53,359 nucleotides of DNA, from NCBI GenBank assembly GCA_964597355.1, contig CAZQWS010000006.1, forward strand, positions 1-53,359. The letters are read 5' to 3'. Numbering within the stretch: position 1 is the first letter of the stretch; every line of letters starts with the position of its first letter. Shown in pieces: positions 18,217-26,294 of this stretch. The stretch comes from an uncultured Bdellovibrionales bacterium (lineage in GTDB: Bacteria; Patescibacteriota; Minisyncoccia; Moranbacterales; UBA1568). The notes beneath the pieces were generated by a model that searched no databases, was not told where the DNA came from, and saw nothing but the letters and a program-made list of their open reading frames with translations. Position numbers and translations under genes: made by a program.

Positions 18217-18263
18217 ATAGGTTATTGTAGCAAAGAAAAATATGCATTAAAAAAGTTAATGAG

Positions 18264-18460
18264 CGCTCCCGATCGTACGCGTGATACATCACGCAGTAGT
18301 CACAAGAACGCCCGGTTGAGATAATTCTCAACCTCTTTTTCGCACCCATCGGTACAGTATGGATGTAGAGGACTTTAGCCCTTAAGCCTCTTTCTATCTC
18401 AAGTGATATCGGTTCTACCGATCCACCAGGGATAAAGATAAACACCAGACGGTCGGGGCG
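18264..18460. ncRNA. Candidate structured non-coding RNA (~197 nt), family unknown
   Basis: Ends pair (CGCTCCCGATCGT 18264-18276 with ACGGTCGGGGCG 18449-18460). Internal hairpins at 18279-18294, 18314-18333 and 18408-18422. GC-richer than its AT-rich flanks. Confidence 0.35.
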
Positions 18461-18669
18461 GCGAATTGAATCCTCACGCTTTTGGGTTACCTAAGATTCT
18501 AACTCGGAAAGTATCCACTTCAAAAACTTTTTTCTCATGCGTTATATTTTTACATAAATTTATAATTCTGTCAATAGTAACGTTACTGGTATCTCTTCAA
18601 ATGTGTTATCTAATTGAGTTAAACCATTGGAAAAGCTACAATGTGAAGGTATACCAACTGATACATTTT

Positions 18670-19956
18670 ATGGAGAATACTACGAAACAAACCGTGGCAG
18701 TGATCGGGCTTGGCTATGTCGGACTGCCTTTGGCGTTACGCGCTAGTGAACGCGGCTACCGAGTTATTGGTTTTGATACGAGTGAAAAGAAAATCGCCCT
18801 TCTCAAAGAAAAGAAGTCACCTATTGCTGATGAAAAACTTATTGAGCAAGTCAAACAATTTGAATTCACCCCAACCACCGATCCGAGCGCTCTCAAGGAA
18901 GCTGACATCATCCTCATTTGTGTCCCTACCCCAGTAGACGAAACCTATTACCCTGATCTTACGCCCGTACGCAACGCTGCCACTCTCTCGGCCAAGAATT
19001 TGAAGAAAGGTGCCCTCGTTGTCCTGGAATCGACTGTCAATCCTGGAGTCTCGGAAGAAGTAATCCAACCCATTCTCGAAGCCGAAGGTCACACTCTCGG
19101 AACCGATGTCTATCTCGCCCATTGTCCAGAACGTATCAACCCCGGTGACCCTAAATGGAATGTCTCGAATATTCCCCGCGTGGTAGGCGCAGCGGACGCC
19201 ACCGGCCTCGAACGTGCACTCAATTTCTATCGTTCGATCGTCGATGGCGAAATCCGTCCGATGAAATCCATCCGCGAAGCTGAAGCCGTCAAAATTGTCG
19301 AGAACTCTTTCCGTGATATCAACATCGCTTTCGTCAATGAACTGGCGAGGTCATTTGATGTGCTCGGCATCGATACCAAAGACGTCATTGAAGGCGCGGC
19401 TACCAAGCCTTTCGCTTTCATGCCGCATTTCCCTTCTTGCGGCGTCGGTGGACACTGTATCCCAGTGGATCCGTATTACCTCATCGAACGGGCCAAACAA
19501 TCTGGTTTTGATCACCGGTTCCTCAAGATCGCCCGCGAAATCAACAACAGCATGCCGCTCTATACGGTCGAGCTCCTTCAGGATGCTTTGAATGAAAAGA
19601 AGAAAGCCTTGAATGGCACCGTGGTTGGCGTCCTCGGTCTCGCCTACAAAGCCAATATCGATGACTTGCGTGAATCCCCCGCCCTGCGTATCGTCAAAGC
19701 TCTCAAGGATCACAAGGCCGACGTAATCACCTATGATCCGCATGTGAGTAGCCGTTCAACCGAAGCAAGTCTCGAAGCTTTGCTCGAAAAAGCTGACGCG
19801 ATTATCCTCGCTACTGACCACCGTGTCTTCAAGGAAACACTCACTCCCGAGCTCTTGAAACAGTATGAGATAGATGTCCTCGTGGATGGGAAAAACGCAC
19901 TCGATAAAACCCTCTTCCAAAACGCTGGTATTCTCTACAAAGGTATCGGCCGTTAG
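18670..19956 (+). CDS. Nucleotide-sugar dehydrogenase, UDP-HexNAc 6-dehydrogenase (WecC/WbpA-like)
   Basis: GLGYVG, ICVPTP, ESTVNPG, CPERINPG, KIVENSFR, GVGGHCIPVDP, DLRESPA. Start moved to ATG 18670. Confidence 0.93.
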   Translation: MENTTKQTVAVIGLGYVGLPLALRASERGYRVIGFDTSEKKIALLKEKKSPIADEKLIEQVKQFEFTPTTDPSALKEADIILICVPTPVDETYYPDLTPVRNAATLSAKNLKKGALVVLESTVNPGVSEEVIQPILEAEGHTLGTDVYLAHCPERINPGDPKWNVSNIPRVVGAADATGLERALNFYRSIVDGEIRPMKSIREAEAVKIVENSFRDINIAFVNELARSFDVLGIDTKDVIEGAATKPFAFMPHFPSCGVGGHCIPVDPYYLIERAKQSGFDHRFLKIAREINNSMPLYTVELLQDALNEKKKALNGTVVGVLGLAYKANIDDLRESPALRIVKALKDHKADVITYDPHVSSRSTEASLEALLEKADAIILATDHRVFKETLTPELLKQYEIDVLVDGKNALDKTLFQNAGILYKGIGR

Positions 19957-19962
19957 GATCAA

Positions 19963-20054
19963 GTATTTTGTATAGAGTATGTCGTATCTAGCATGCTTGT
20001 AGAATTATGAATCCCCTACATAATACGCAATACTGTATACTCGATACATCAAGC
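19963..20054. repeat. Pair of complementary heptamer arrays, (GTAT-N3)x4-5 then (N3-ATAC)x4-5
   Basis: GTAT at 19963, 19970, 19977, 19984 (GCAT 19991); ATAC at 20023, 20030, 20037, 20044; exact period 7. Confidence 0.8.
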
Positions 20055-20056
20055 AT

Positions 20057-20347
20057 ATGATCTTTGGCCTCATAAAATTAGTAGTATGGTTCCTTGGGGT
20101 GGCGACACTCGCCTATATTGCTTTGCCCTATTTTGGTTATGAAGTAAACTGGAACTATTGGAATGAAAGTAAGGCTACCTGTGAAGAACGCTTGCGATCC
20201 TGCCAGCGAGATCTCATCAAATCTGGTCTCGAGGGTGCCAAAGAAAAATGTGATTTCAAATGTGTAGATACGAAATCGCTTATCCAAAAGAAAGCTAAGA
20301 GTCCCGTCAATGCTTTATCCTCCCCAACTGATGATAGTAGTCAATAA
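20057..20347 (+). CDS. Small membrane-anchored protein with four Cys
   Basis: Hydrophobic N-terminus, then C-x6-C and C-x3-C; in line with the glycan operon. Confidence 0.7.
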   Translation: MIFGLIKLVVWFLGVATLAYIALPYFGYEVNWNYWNESKATCEERLRSCQRDLIKSGLEGAKEKCDFKCVDTKSLIQKKAKSPVNALSSPTDDSSQ

Positions 20348-20377
20348 ATTTGAAATTTTGATTTTTTAAATTGCCCT

Positions 20378-21331
20378 ATGCGTCTCATCATCAATATCCC
20401 CGCATATAACGAAGAAGCTGTGATCGGCAACACGATCAAAAACATGCCCCGCTCATACCGTGGCATCGATGAAGTCATGATCCAAGTCGTCGATGATGGT
20501 TCGAGCGACCGCACCAGTGAGGTAGCGAGAGAAGCTGGGGCCAACTTCGTTTTGCGCCATGATATCAACCGCAGGCTCGGAGTGATGTTTGCCACCGCCA
20601 GTGAAAATGCCCTCAAAGAAGGCGCGGACATCATGGTCAATATTGATGCCGACGGCCAATTTGACTCGGCGGAAATCCAAAAACTGATCGATCCTGTCCT
20701 CAATAATGAAGCCGACATGGTCGTCGGTGACCGCTTCTCGGAGTCGAGTGCCAAAAATATTCCTTGGATCAAGGATTTCTTCAACCGCCTTGGCGCTTCC
20801 ATGGTCGGTTCATTCCTCAATGTCAAAACGCATGATATTACCTGTGGTTTCCGCGCTCACAACCGAGAAACCCTCCTTCGTCTCAATAACCCCACTGGTT
20901 TTACCTATACCCAGGAGACAATCATCGATGCCATTGGGAAAAATCTCCGCGTCGTATGGGTTCCGGTCACCGTCACCTATTTCGCCGATCGCCAGTCGCG
21001 CATTGTCAAAAGTGCCTGGAGCTTCATCAACAATAGCGCCCGCATCATTTTGAAAGCTGTCCGGGATGTCCGCCCGATGAAATTCTTTGGCATTCCGGGA
21101 CTGATTCTGCTTACGGTTTCCTTTATTTCTTTCCTTGCCTTTTTGGTCCAATACTTGTCCCACGACTTCAAAGTCACTCCCTATATCAACTATCTTCTCT
21201 TTACAAGCGTGACTGCCCTCATCGGCATCCAACTTCTCATTTTCGCGTTTATCGCGGACATGATCAAAAGCAACCGCAAACTCGCCGAAGATGTCCTCTA
21301 TCGGATGAAAAAAGAAAAATACCAGAAATAA
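20378..21331 (+). CDS. GT2 polyprenol-phosphate glycosyltransferase-like (DPM/GtrB/ArnC type) with two C-terminal TMs
   Basis: IPAYNEE, VVDDGSSD, NIDADGQ, VVGDR, DITCGFRA, C-terminal RPMKFF plus TM pair. Confidence 0.9.
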   Translation: MRLIINIPAYNEEAVIGNTIKNMPRSYRGIDEVMIQVVDDGSSDRTSEVAREAGANFVLRHDINRRLGVMFATASENALKEGADIMVNIDADGQFDSAEIQKLIDPVLNNEADMVVGDRFSESSAKNIPWIKDFFNRLGASMVGSFLNVKTHDITCGFRAHNRETLLRLNNPTGFTYTQETIIDAIGKNLRVVWVPVTVTYFADRQSRIVKSAWSFINNSARIILKAVRDVRPMKFFGIPGLILLTVSFISFLAFLVQYLSHDFKVTPYINYLLFTSVTALIGIQLLIFAFIADMIKSNRKLAEDVLYRMKKEKYQK

Positions 21332-21335
21332 TGGT

Positions 21336-22463
21336 ATGCGTATTCTCTTTGTTTCACGGGCTTTTCCGCCCACTATTGGTGGTATCGAAAAGCAAAATGC
21401 TGAAGTGGCTGAGTTTTTGGGGAGAAAGGCACCACTCACCCTGATTGCCAATACGCGAGGGAAAAGTTTTCTCCCTGTTTTTTTACCTTTGGCCATGTTG
21501 CAAATCCTCTGGAAAGCGAGAAAACATGATTGTCTCCTCCTCGGTGATGGGGTCATCGCTCCACTGGGAGCCGTAGCGAAATTTATCTTTCCAAAGTTAA
21601 CTGTAGTCTCGATTATTCATGGACTAGATCTCACCTTTGGCAAACAAACTGGCTTATTTGCTCGAATATACCAATGGGTCAACATCCCCTCTCTCAAAAA
21701 ACTGGATGGGCTTATTTGTGTTAGCCAAAATACCAAAGCGATCGCTGAATCCGTCGGTGTAAAGCCCGAAAAAATCTCGGTCATCCCAAACGGTGTCGAT
21801 CCGAGCTTCTTCAATGAAACCCATACCCGAACTGAACTCGAAAAGCTTCTCAAGCGAGATTTGAGCCAAGAGAAAGTTATTCTCCGTCTTGGACGCTTTG
21901 TGAGGCATAAGGGAGCTGAATGGTTTATCAGAAATGTCATGCCCAAACTTCCTGAGCATGTTATTCTCGTCGCGGCTGGTGGCGTCGCCAAGGGAGCTCA
22001 TCCCGGTGATAGTAATATCTTTCCTCTTTGCGAAACAGCCGTCCGTGAACTTGGGCTAGAGAAAAGAGTCATTCTCCTTCCCAATGTTCCTTGGTCTACC
22101 GTCAAGCTCCTCCTCTCGACCGCTGATGTGGCGGTAGCTCCCAATATTCCAGTCGTGGGGAGCGCCGAGGGCTTTGGCATCGCCGTGATTGAAGCTTCAC
22201 TAAACCGTTTACCCATCGTGACCTCGCGCCTCGAGGGGCTCCAAGAAGCTCTCGTCGATGGAGAAAACGGACTTTTCGCTGAACCAGAAAATGCCGATGA
22301 TTTCGTCGCAAAAATTAACTGGCTCTTGGCTGATGATACTCGCCGGAAAGAGTTTGGCGAGAAAGCCCGGGCATATACCCTCGAGCACTACAGTTTGGAC
22401 ACTCTTTCCGATCGATACCTTGAAGTATTAAAAAATATCTCTACAAAGGGCCGACCTTTGTAA
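21336..22463 (+). CDS. GT4 glycosyltransferase
   Basis: FPPTIGGIE, IIHGLD, IPNGVD, GRFVRHKG, AEGFGIAVIEA. Confidence 0.93.
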   Translation: MRILFVSRAFPPTIGGIEKQNAEVAEFLGRKAPLTLIANTRGKSFLPVFLPLAMLQILWKARKHDCLLLGDGVIAPLGAVAKFIFPKLTVVSIIHGLDLTFGKQTGLFARIYQWVNIPSLKKLDGLICVSQNTKAIAESVGVKPEKISVIPNGVDPSFFNETHTRTELEKLLKRDLSQEKVILRLGRFVRHKGAEWFIRNVMPKLPEHVILVAAGGVAKGAHPGDSNIFPLCETAVRELGLEKRVILLPNVPWSTVKLLLSTADVAVAPNIPVVGSAEGFGIAVIEASLNRLPIVTSRLEGLQEALVDGENGLFAEPENADDFVAKINWLLADDTRRKEFGEKARAYTLEHYSLDTLSDRYLEVLKNISTKGRPL

Positions 22464-22467
22464 AAAT

Positions 22468-24417
22468 ATGGTTGAAACATTTCTTCTTTTTACCACTCTC
22501 GCACTGACTTTTTTCCTCCCCGGCTGGCTTTTCTTACACGTATTCTGGAAAAACAAATTCTCTTTCCTTGAAGAGAGTCTTTATTCTTTCGCCCTTGGTC
22601 TCACGCTTGTAAACGCACTAGCACTTATTCTTGATCGGCTCAACGTACCACTTTCTTTTACTGTCCTCGCTTCCTCTTTGGTACTGATACATATAGCGCT
22701 TGGTGGTATTCTCTGGTACCGAAATCGAATATCAACAATCAACAATCAACAATCAAATATTCTTGGAAATTGGAAATTGGAAATTGGAAATTCACGAATG
22801 TGGAGCCTTCTCCTCCTCATGCTCGTGATTACTATCGGCATCAAAGCCTACTACCTCGTGCCAGCTGGACTCCCTACTGCGACTGACATGGGCCATCATA
22901 TGTATTGGGCCAAGTATATTGCCGATAAACAAGAGCTCCCTGTTTACCAAAAAATCGAAGTAACGACTGATACCACCACTGGCGCCACGACGGTTACCCC
23001 TCCAGGCCATATCGCTGACTTTATCATTGGCGAGCATATCCCCTTTGGAGTTATTTCCATTCTCTCGGGACTTTCCCTCATTAGTTCTTTCCCCGTACTC
23101 GTCCTTTTGCTTATCAATCTCCTGTCGCTCCTTGGCATGCTCGCCCTCACCCTCCGTCTCGGACAAAGCCTTTGGAGTGAACAAGAACGCTCTCTCTTTG
23201 TACTCGGCACCTTTCTTTTTCTTGGACCACTCTTTGCCCTCGCTTCTCCACAGGCCAAATTTGTTTCGGGTGGTGTCGTGGGCAATCTCCTCGGGAATTT
23301 TTTCATCCCGCTTATTCTTCTCGCTTTCTATCTTGGTCTCCGTGAAAAACGCGGGGGCTTCATCGCGCTCGGCACCCTCCTCATGGGCACCCTCGCCTAC
23401 ACGCATCACCTCTCTACGCTCGTTCTTGGTTTTATCCTCATTGGTATTGCTCTCATGGCCTTACTCACAGTATGGAGAGATTTTCTTCCTACTGTGAAAA
23501 CATGGTTACTCACTTGCTTCAAGCCTTCCGTAGGCATCGTCGTTCTCGGCATAGCGCTCTTTCTTCTTTTTATCGCCGTCCCGAGCTATTTGGACCGTGA
23601 AGCCATCGATTCAGCTATCGGGAGCCCGGTCAAAACCACGCGCACTGGCCTTTCGTATTTCCAAGTCACCAATTCTCTCGGTATTGGGAAAAGCGCTCTC
23701 GCCATTGCTGGGTTGGTCCTTCTCGTTATCACCTGGAAGCGGTTTGAAAAACAGGATCCACTCGCTTGGGGACTCCTCTTTGGTTGGGCCGTGATGCTCT
23801 CACTCATGGCGATGAAGCCGCACTGGCTTTTCCTTGATATTCCGTCCAACCGGGTGGGCAGTTACCTCATTTATCCTGCTGGCCTTCTCGCTGGCTATGC
23901 CTTTATGGTCATGGCCAATGCCTTGGCCACGGCCAAAAAGAAAACCCTGGCCACTCTCCTCGGCAGTCTTCTCCTCGGTGTTATTGTCGCCAATGGTGTC
24001 TTTGAAAATGGAGCTGCTCTCAGCACGGTGAACAAAGCTCGCGAAGCTCAGGAAGTTTTCACCGCTTCGAAGTATCTCAGTGAAAAAACGAGCGAAACAG
24101 AAATGATCCTCAAGGACCACAATTATCTCGCCGCCGATGCCTGGATGAAGCTCTTCTTCGTCCGCGATTATGGTTATCCTCTCTCACGTGGTCTCTTCTC
24201 TCGCTACGAAGAAACCGGCAGCCGCCGCGAGCGTTGCACCCTCGTCATGATAGCGAGTCCCAATAGCACCGAAGCCAAGGAGTGTTTCGACGGTACTGGT
24301 ACCAACTACATCGTCGTCAATCCTACCTTTGACGCCGTCCAATTTGAAAAGTCAGGCGGCTTCGCCAAAGTCTACGCCAGCGACCACGTGGTGGTGTTCA
24401 AGCGCTTGCAAGAATAA
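22468..24417 (+). CDS. Polytopic membrane protein, probable GT-C-fold glycosyltransferase
   Basis: Many TMs, luminal-loop motif PTATDMGHHMYW, YTHHLS, soluble C-terminal domain. Family inferred from topology and context. Confidence 0.65.
   Translation: MVETFLLFTTLALTFFLPGWLFLHVFWKNKFSFLEESLYSFALGLTLVNALALILDRLNVPLSFTVLASSLVLIHIALGGILWYRNRISTINNQQSNILGNWKLEIGNSRMWSLLLLMLVITIGIKAYYLVPAGLPTATDMGHHMYWAKYIADKQELPVYQKIEVTTDTTTGATTVTPPGHIADFIIGEHIPFGVISILSGLSLISSFPVLVLLLINLLSLLGMLALTLRLGQSLWSEQERSLFVLGTFLFLGPLFALASPQAKFVSGGVVGNLLGNFFIPLILLAFYLGLREKRGGFIALGTLLMGTLAYTHHLSTLVLGFILIGIALMALLTVWRDFLPTVKTWLLTCFKPSVGIVVLGIALFLLFIAVPSYLDREAIDSAIGSPVKTTRTGLSYFQVTNSLGIGKSALAIAGLVLLVITWKRFEKQDPLAWGLLFGWAVMLSLMAMKPHWLFLDIPSNRVGSYLIYPAGLLAGYAFMVMANALATAKKKTLATLLGSLLLGVIVANGVFENGAALSTVNKAREAQEVFTASKYLSEKTSETEMILKDHNYLAADAWMKLFFVRDYGYPLSRGLFSRYEETGSRRERCTLVMIASPNSTEAKECFDGTGTNYIVVNPTFDAVQFEKSGGFAKVYASDHVVVFKRLQE
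22731..22790. repeat. In-frame heptamer arrays (ATCAACA)x3-4 and (TTGGAAA)x4 inside the CDS
   Basis: ATCAACA at 22731, 22738, 22745 (ATCAAAT 22752); TTGGAAA at 22763, 22770, 22777, 22784; encodes STINNQQSNILGNWKLEIGN. Confidence 0.85.
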
Positions 24418-24488
24418 GTTCTGCAAGCTCCCTAACACTTTCTTCCTACTTTCTTTCACCATCAACCATCGGTATCCCCATTTCTTTT

Positions 24489-24828
24489 GACAGCAAAAGA
24501 AATAAAAAAAGAAAACTGCTGTCCGGTACTTCCCACTCACGCTTTTGTTACCTATCCTTTCCGGAGGTTTCATCGCCTCGGAATGATAAAACCTTTACCC
24601 GTGAAGGATAGAACAAAAAGGTTCGTTCCCAGTAATGGACAGTATAAATCTTTCTCTCATAACCCCATTGCGTGAGGTGAAAGCGTTCCTCTATGACTGG
24701 AGGAAGAAGGATTCATCTAGTCTCTCGCGTATGAATCCGCTGGAAGTCATAGCTAGGAACGGTATGAGCCAGAAGCACGGGGCAGTCCTTTCTTTGGTTC
24801 GTTTCTTTGGATGAGCAAAGAAATGAAC
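24489..24828. other. Highly structured intergenic element (four stems) between convergent genes; MITE-like or ncRNA
   Basis: Stems at 24489-24523, 24542-24620, 24684-24761 and 24797-24828 (13 bp, GTTCGTTTCTTTG/CAAAGAAATGAAC). Confidence 0.55.
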
Positions 24829-24834
24829 AAGAAG

Positions 24835-25845
24835 TTATTCCACAACAGCCAATAAAGATTGGAAACTCTCTTTGATCCACTCTTCATCCAAGTTGCGGCC
24901 GATGAAGACGAGCTTGGTTTCTTTGGCTTCACCTTCTCGCCACTCCCGGTCCGGATGAACTGTATAGAGCGTATGCACGCCCTGGAGCACGCCGCGTTTC
25001 CCCTCGAATTCATCGGTATAGACGATACCCTTGTAGCGGAGGAGATCTGGCCCACTGCGTTCAATTACTTCACCCAGCCAAGCGTACAATGCGTCAATTT
25101 TTATAGGCTTGGATGAGCGCACCACTACAGAATTAATGTCGTGGAGATGATCTTCATGTTCATGTTCTTCTTCGAGAAAATCTTCAGGGACATGCCGGAA
25201 GCTATTTTTCCCAAACAACTCTCCGAGAGGGACATCTGATTGCACCGCTTCGAGAATTTTTGCTTCGTGATTGAGGCCGTGTATCTTTTTCTTTACCGTT
25301 TCTTTTTCTTCATTGGTCAAAAGATCGCATTTATTGAGGATAAGGATATCCGCGAGGGCGATTTGCTCGGCCGAGAGTGGTAGGTACCCAAGCTGCTTCC
25401 CAATATGTTTACCATCGACGACCGTGACGATCGCGTCGAGCTCATAGCAAGTGGCTACTACTTCGTCGAGGAGAAAGGTCTGAATGAGAGGCAAAGGATC
25501 AGCGAGACCTGTTGTTTCGATCACCACTCGGTCAAATTCTTTCTTTTCGCCTTCAATTCCAAGCTTCGCTTTGGCGAGCTTGGTCAAAGTATCAATAAGA
25601 TCTACCCGCACCGTGCAACAGAGACAGCCGTTATTGAGCTCGACCATCGATTCATCGCGCGCCACGATGAGATCCCCATCGATCCCCACCTGACCAAATT
25701 CATTCACAATCACCGCGATTTTTTCGCCGTGCTCTTCTTTCAAAATTCTATTAAGCAAAGTAGTTTTGCCCGCGCCAAGAAAGCCGGTAAGCAGAGTTAC
25801 TGGGATCTTTTTGAAGGGAATATCAGGAGTATTTTGGGCATTCAT
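24835..25845 (-). CDS. COG0523 (CobW/YjiA/YeiR-like) G3E P-loop GTPase, metallochaperone
   Basis: LTGFLGAGKTT, NEFG, GCLCCTV (CxCC), IETTGLADP, NKCD, His-rich EHEHEDHLH, CobW_C with RYKG. Confidence 0.95.
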   Translation of the reverse strand: MNAQNTPDIPFKKIPVTLLTGFLGAGKTTLLNRILKEEHGEKIAVIVNEFGQVGIDGDLIVARDESMVELNNGCLCCTVRVDLIDTLTKLAKAKLGIEGEKKEFDRVVIETTGLADPLPLIQTFLLDEVVATCYELDAIVTVVDGKHIGKQLGYLPLSAEQIALADILILNKCDLLTNEEKETVKKKIHGLNHEAKILEAVQSDVPLGELFGKNSFRHVPEDFLEEEHEHEDHLHDINSVVVRSSKPIKIDALYAWLGEVIERSGPDLLRYKGIVYTDEFEGKRGVLQGVHTLYTVHPDREWREGEAKETKLVFIGRNLDEEWIKESFQSLLAVVE

Positions 25846-25856
25846 AATCTCTTTCG

Positions 25857-25885
25857 ACGCTACCCTGAGAGGAGCTCTCTGTCAA
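25857..25885 (-). promoter_or_regulatory. sigma70 promoter of the COG0523 gene
   Basis: TTGACA-N17-TAGCGT on the minus strand, ending 11 nt before the ATG. Confidence 0.6.
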
Positions 25886-25914
25886 GCGGTTTTACTGGCG
25901 AGTACAGTCAAAAC

Positions 25915-25923
25915 TGATATAAT
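25915..25923 (+). promoter_or_regulatory. Extended -10 promoter giving a leaderless transcript
   Basis: TG-A-TATAAT, then 6 nt, then ATG 25930. Confidence 0.65.
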
Positions 25924-25929
25924 GGAACC

Positions 25930-26292
25930 ATGCTTCAAATAAGCCAAAAAACCTTTCTCCTGGCAGGAGTGGCCTTGCTTTTTATCGTTTCGAGTGCCCT
26001 CTTTGCGTACCATAAGCGCGCCCTTGACCCAATGGTCACTGGCGACTGGTGGGCGATTCGTTTTGTCTCGCTTCAGGATGAAGAGGACCTTCGTTTTGAA
26101 GTAGAGAACCACAGTCCGATCACCGAAGGAACGTATCAAATCTTTGCCGATACCACTCTCCATGAAGAAAGTCGTTTTGAAGTTGCGACCAGTACTGTAA
26201 CTACGGTTACTCCAACCAAAGAGCTAGCCAATACCAAGCGTATTCGCATCCTGGTAAAGCTTGGAAACAAAGAACAATCACTCATTCGTTAA
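25930..26292 (+). CDS. Small membrane-anchored protein with a beta-rich (Ig-like?) extracellular domain
   Basis: Single N-terminal TM, then alternating beta-strand-like segments; first gene of the GT4-RtcB unit. Confidence 0.65.
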   Translation: MLQISQKTFLLAGVALLFIVSSALFAYHKRALDPMVTGDWWAIRFVSLQDEEDLRFEVENHSPITEGTYQIFADTTLHEESRFEVATSTVTTVTPTKELANTKRIRILVKLGNKEQSLIR

Positions 26293-26294
26293 CT

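Noticed and set aside
18206-18445. 79-aa ORF from the track
   Set aside because: No motif, overlaps the HD start and its promoter, and runs across the structured element.
18408-18455. ykkC/ppGpp-riboswitch-like CACC..GGGATAAAG..CCAG.CGG
   Set aside because: The conserved upstream GGGTTCCG and GACCGAG elements are absent, P3 pairs poorly, and it faces away from the HD gene.
18449-18475. tRNA-Pro-like 3' end on the minus strand (...TTCAATTCGCCGCCCCGACC)
   Set aside because: No canonical 5-bp T stem around a TTCRANY loop, no matching 5' acceptor strand upstream, ends CCG; the sequence is explained by the closing stem of the RNA candidate.
18400-18670. Permuted (two-piece) tmRNA suggested by CCGATCCACCA followed by GGTCGG
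   Set aside because: No T-arm before the CCA, position 1 would mismatch, and there is no tag ORF ending in Ala-Ala downstream.
19963-22790. Heptamer arrays as CRISPR repeats
   Set aside because: Units are 7 nt with 3-nt variable parts; no 23-47-nt repeats with spacers and no cas genes.
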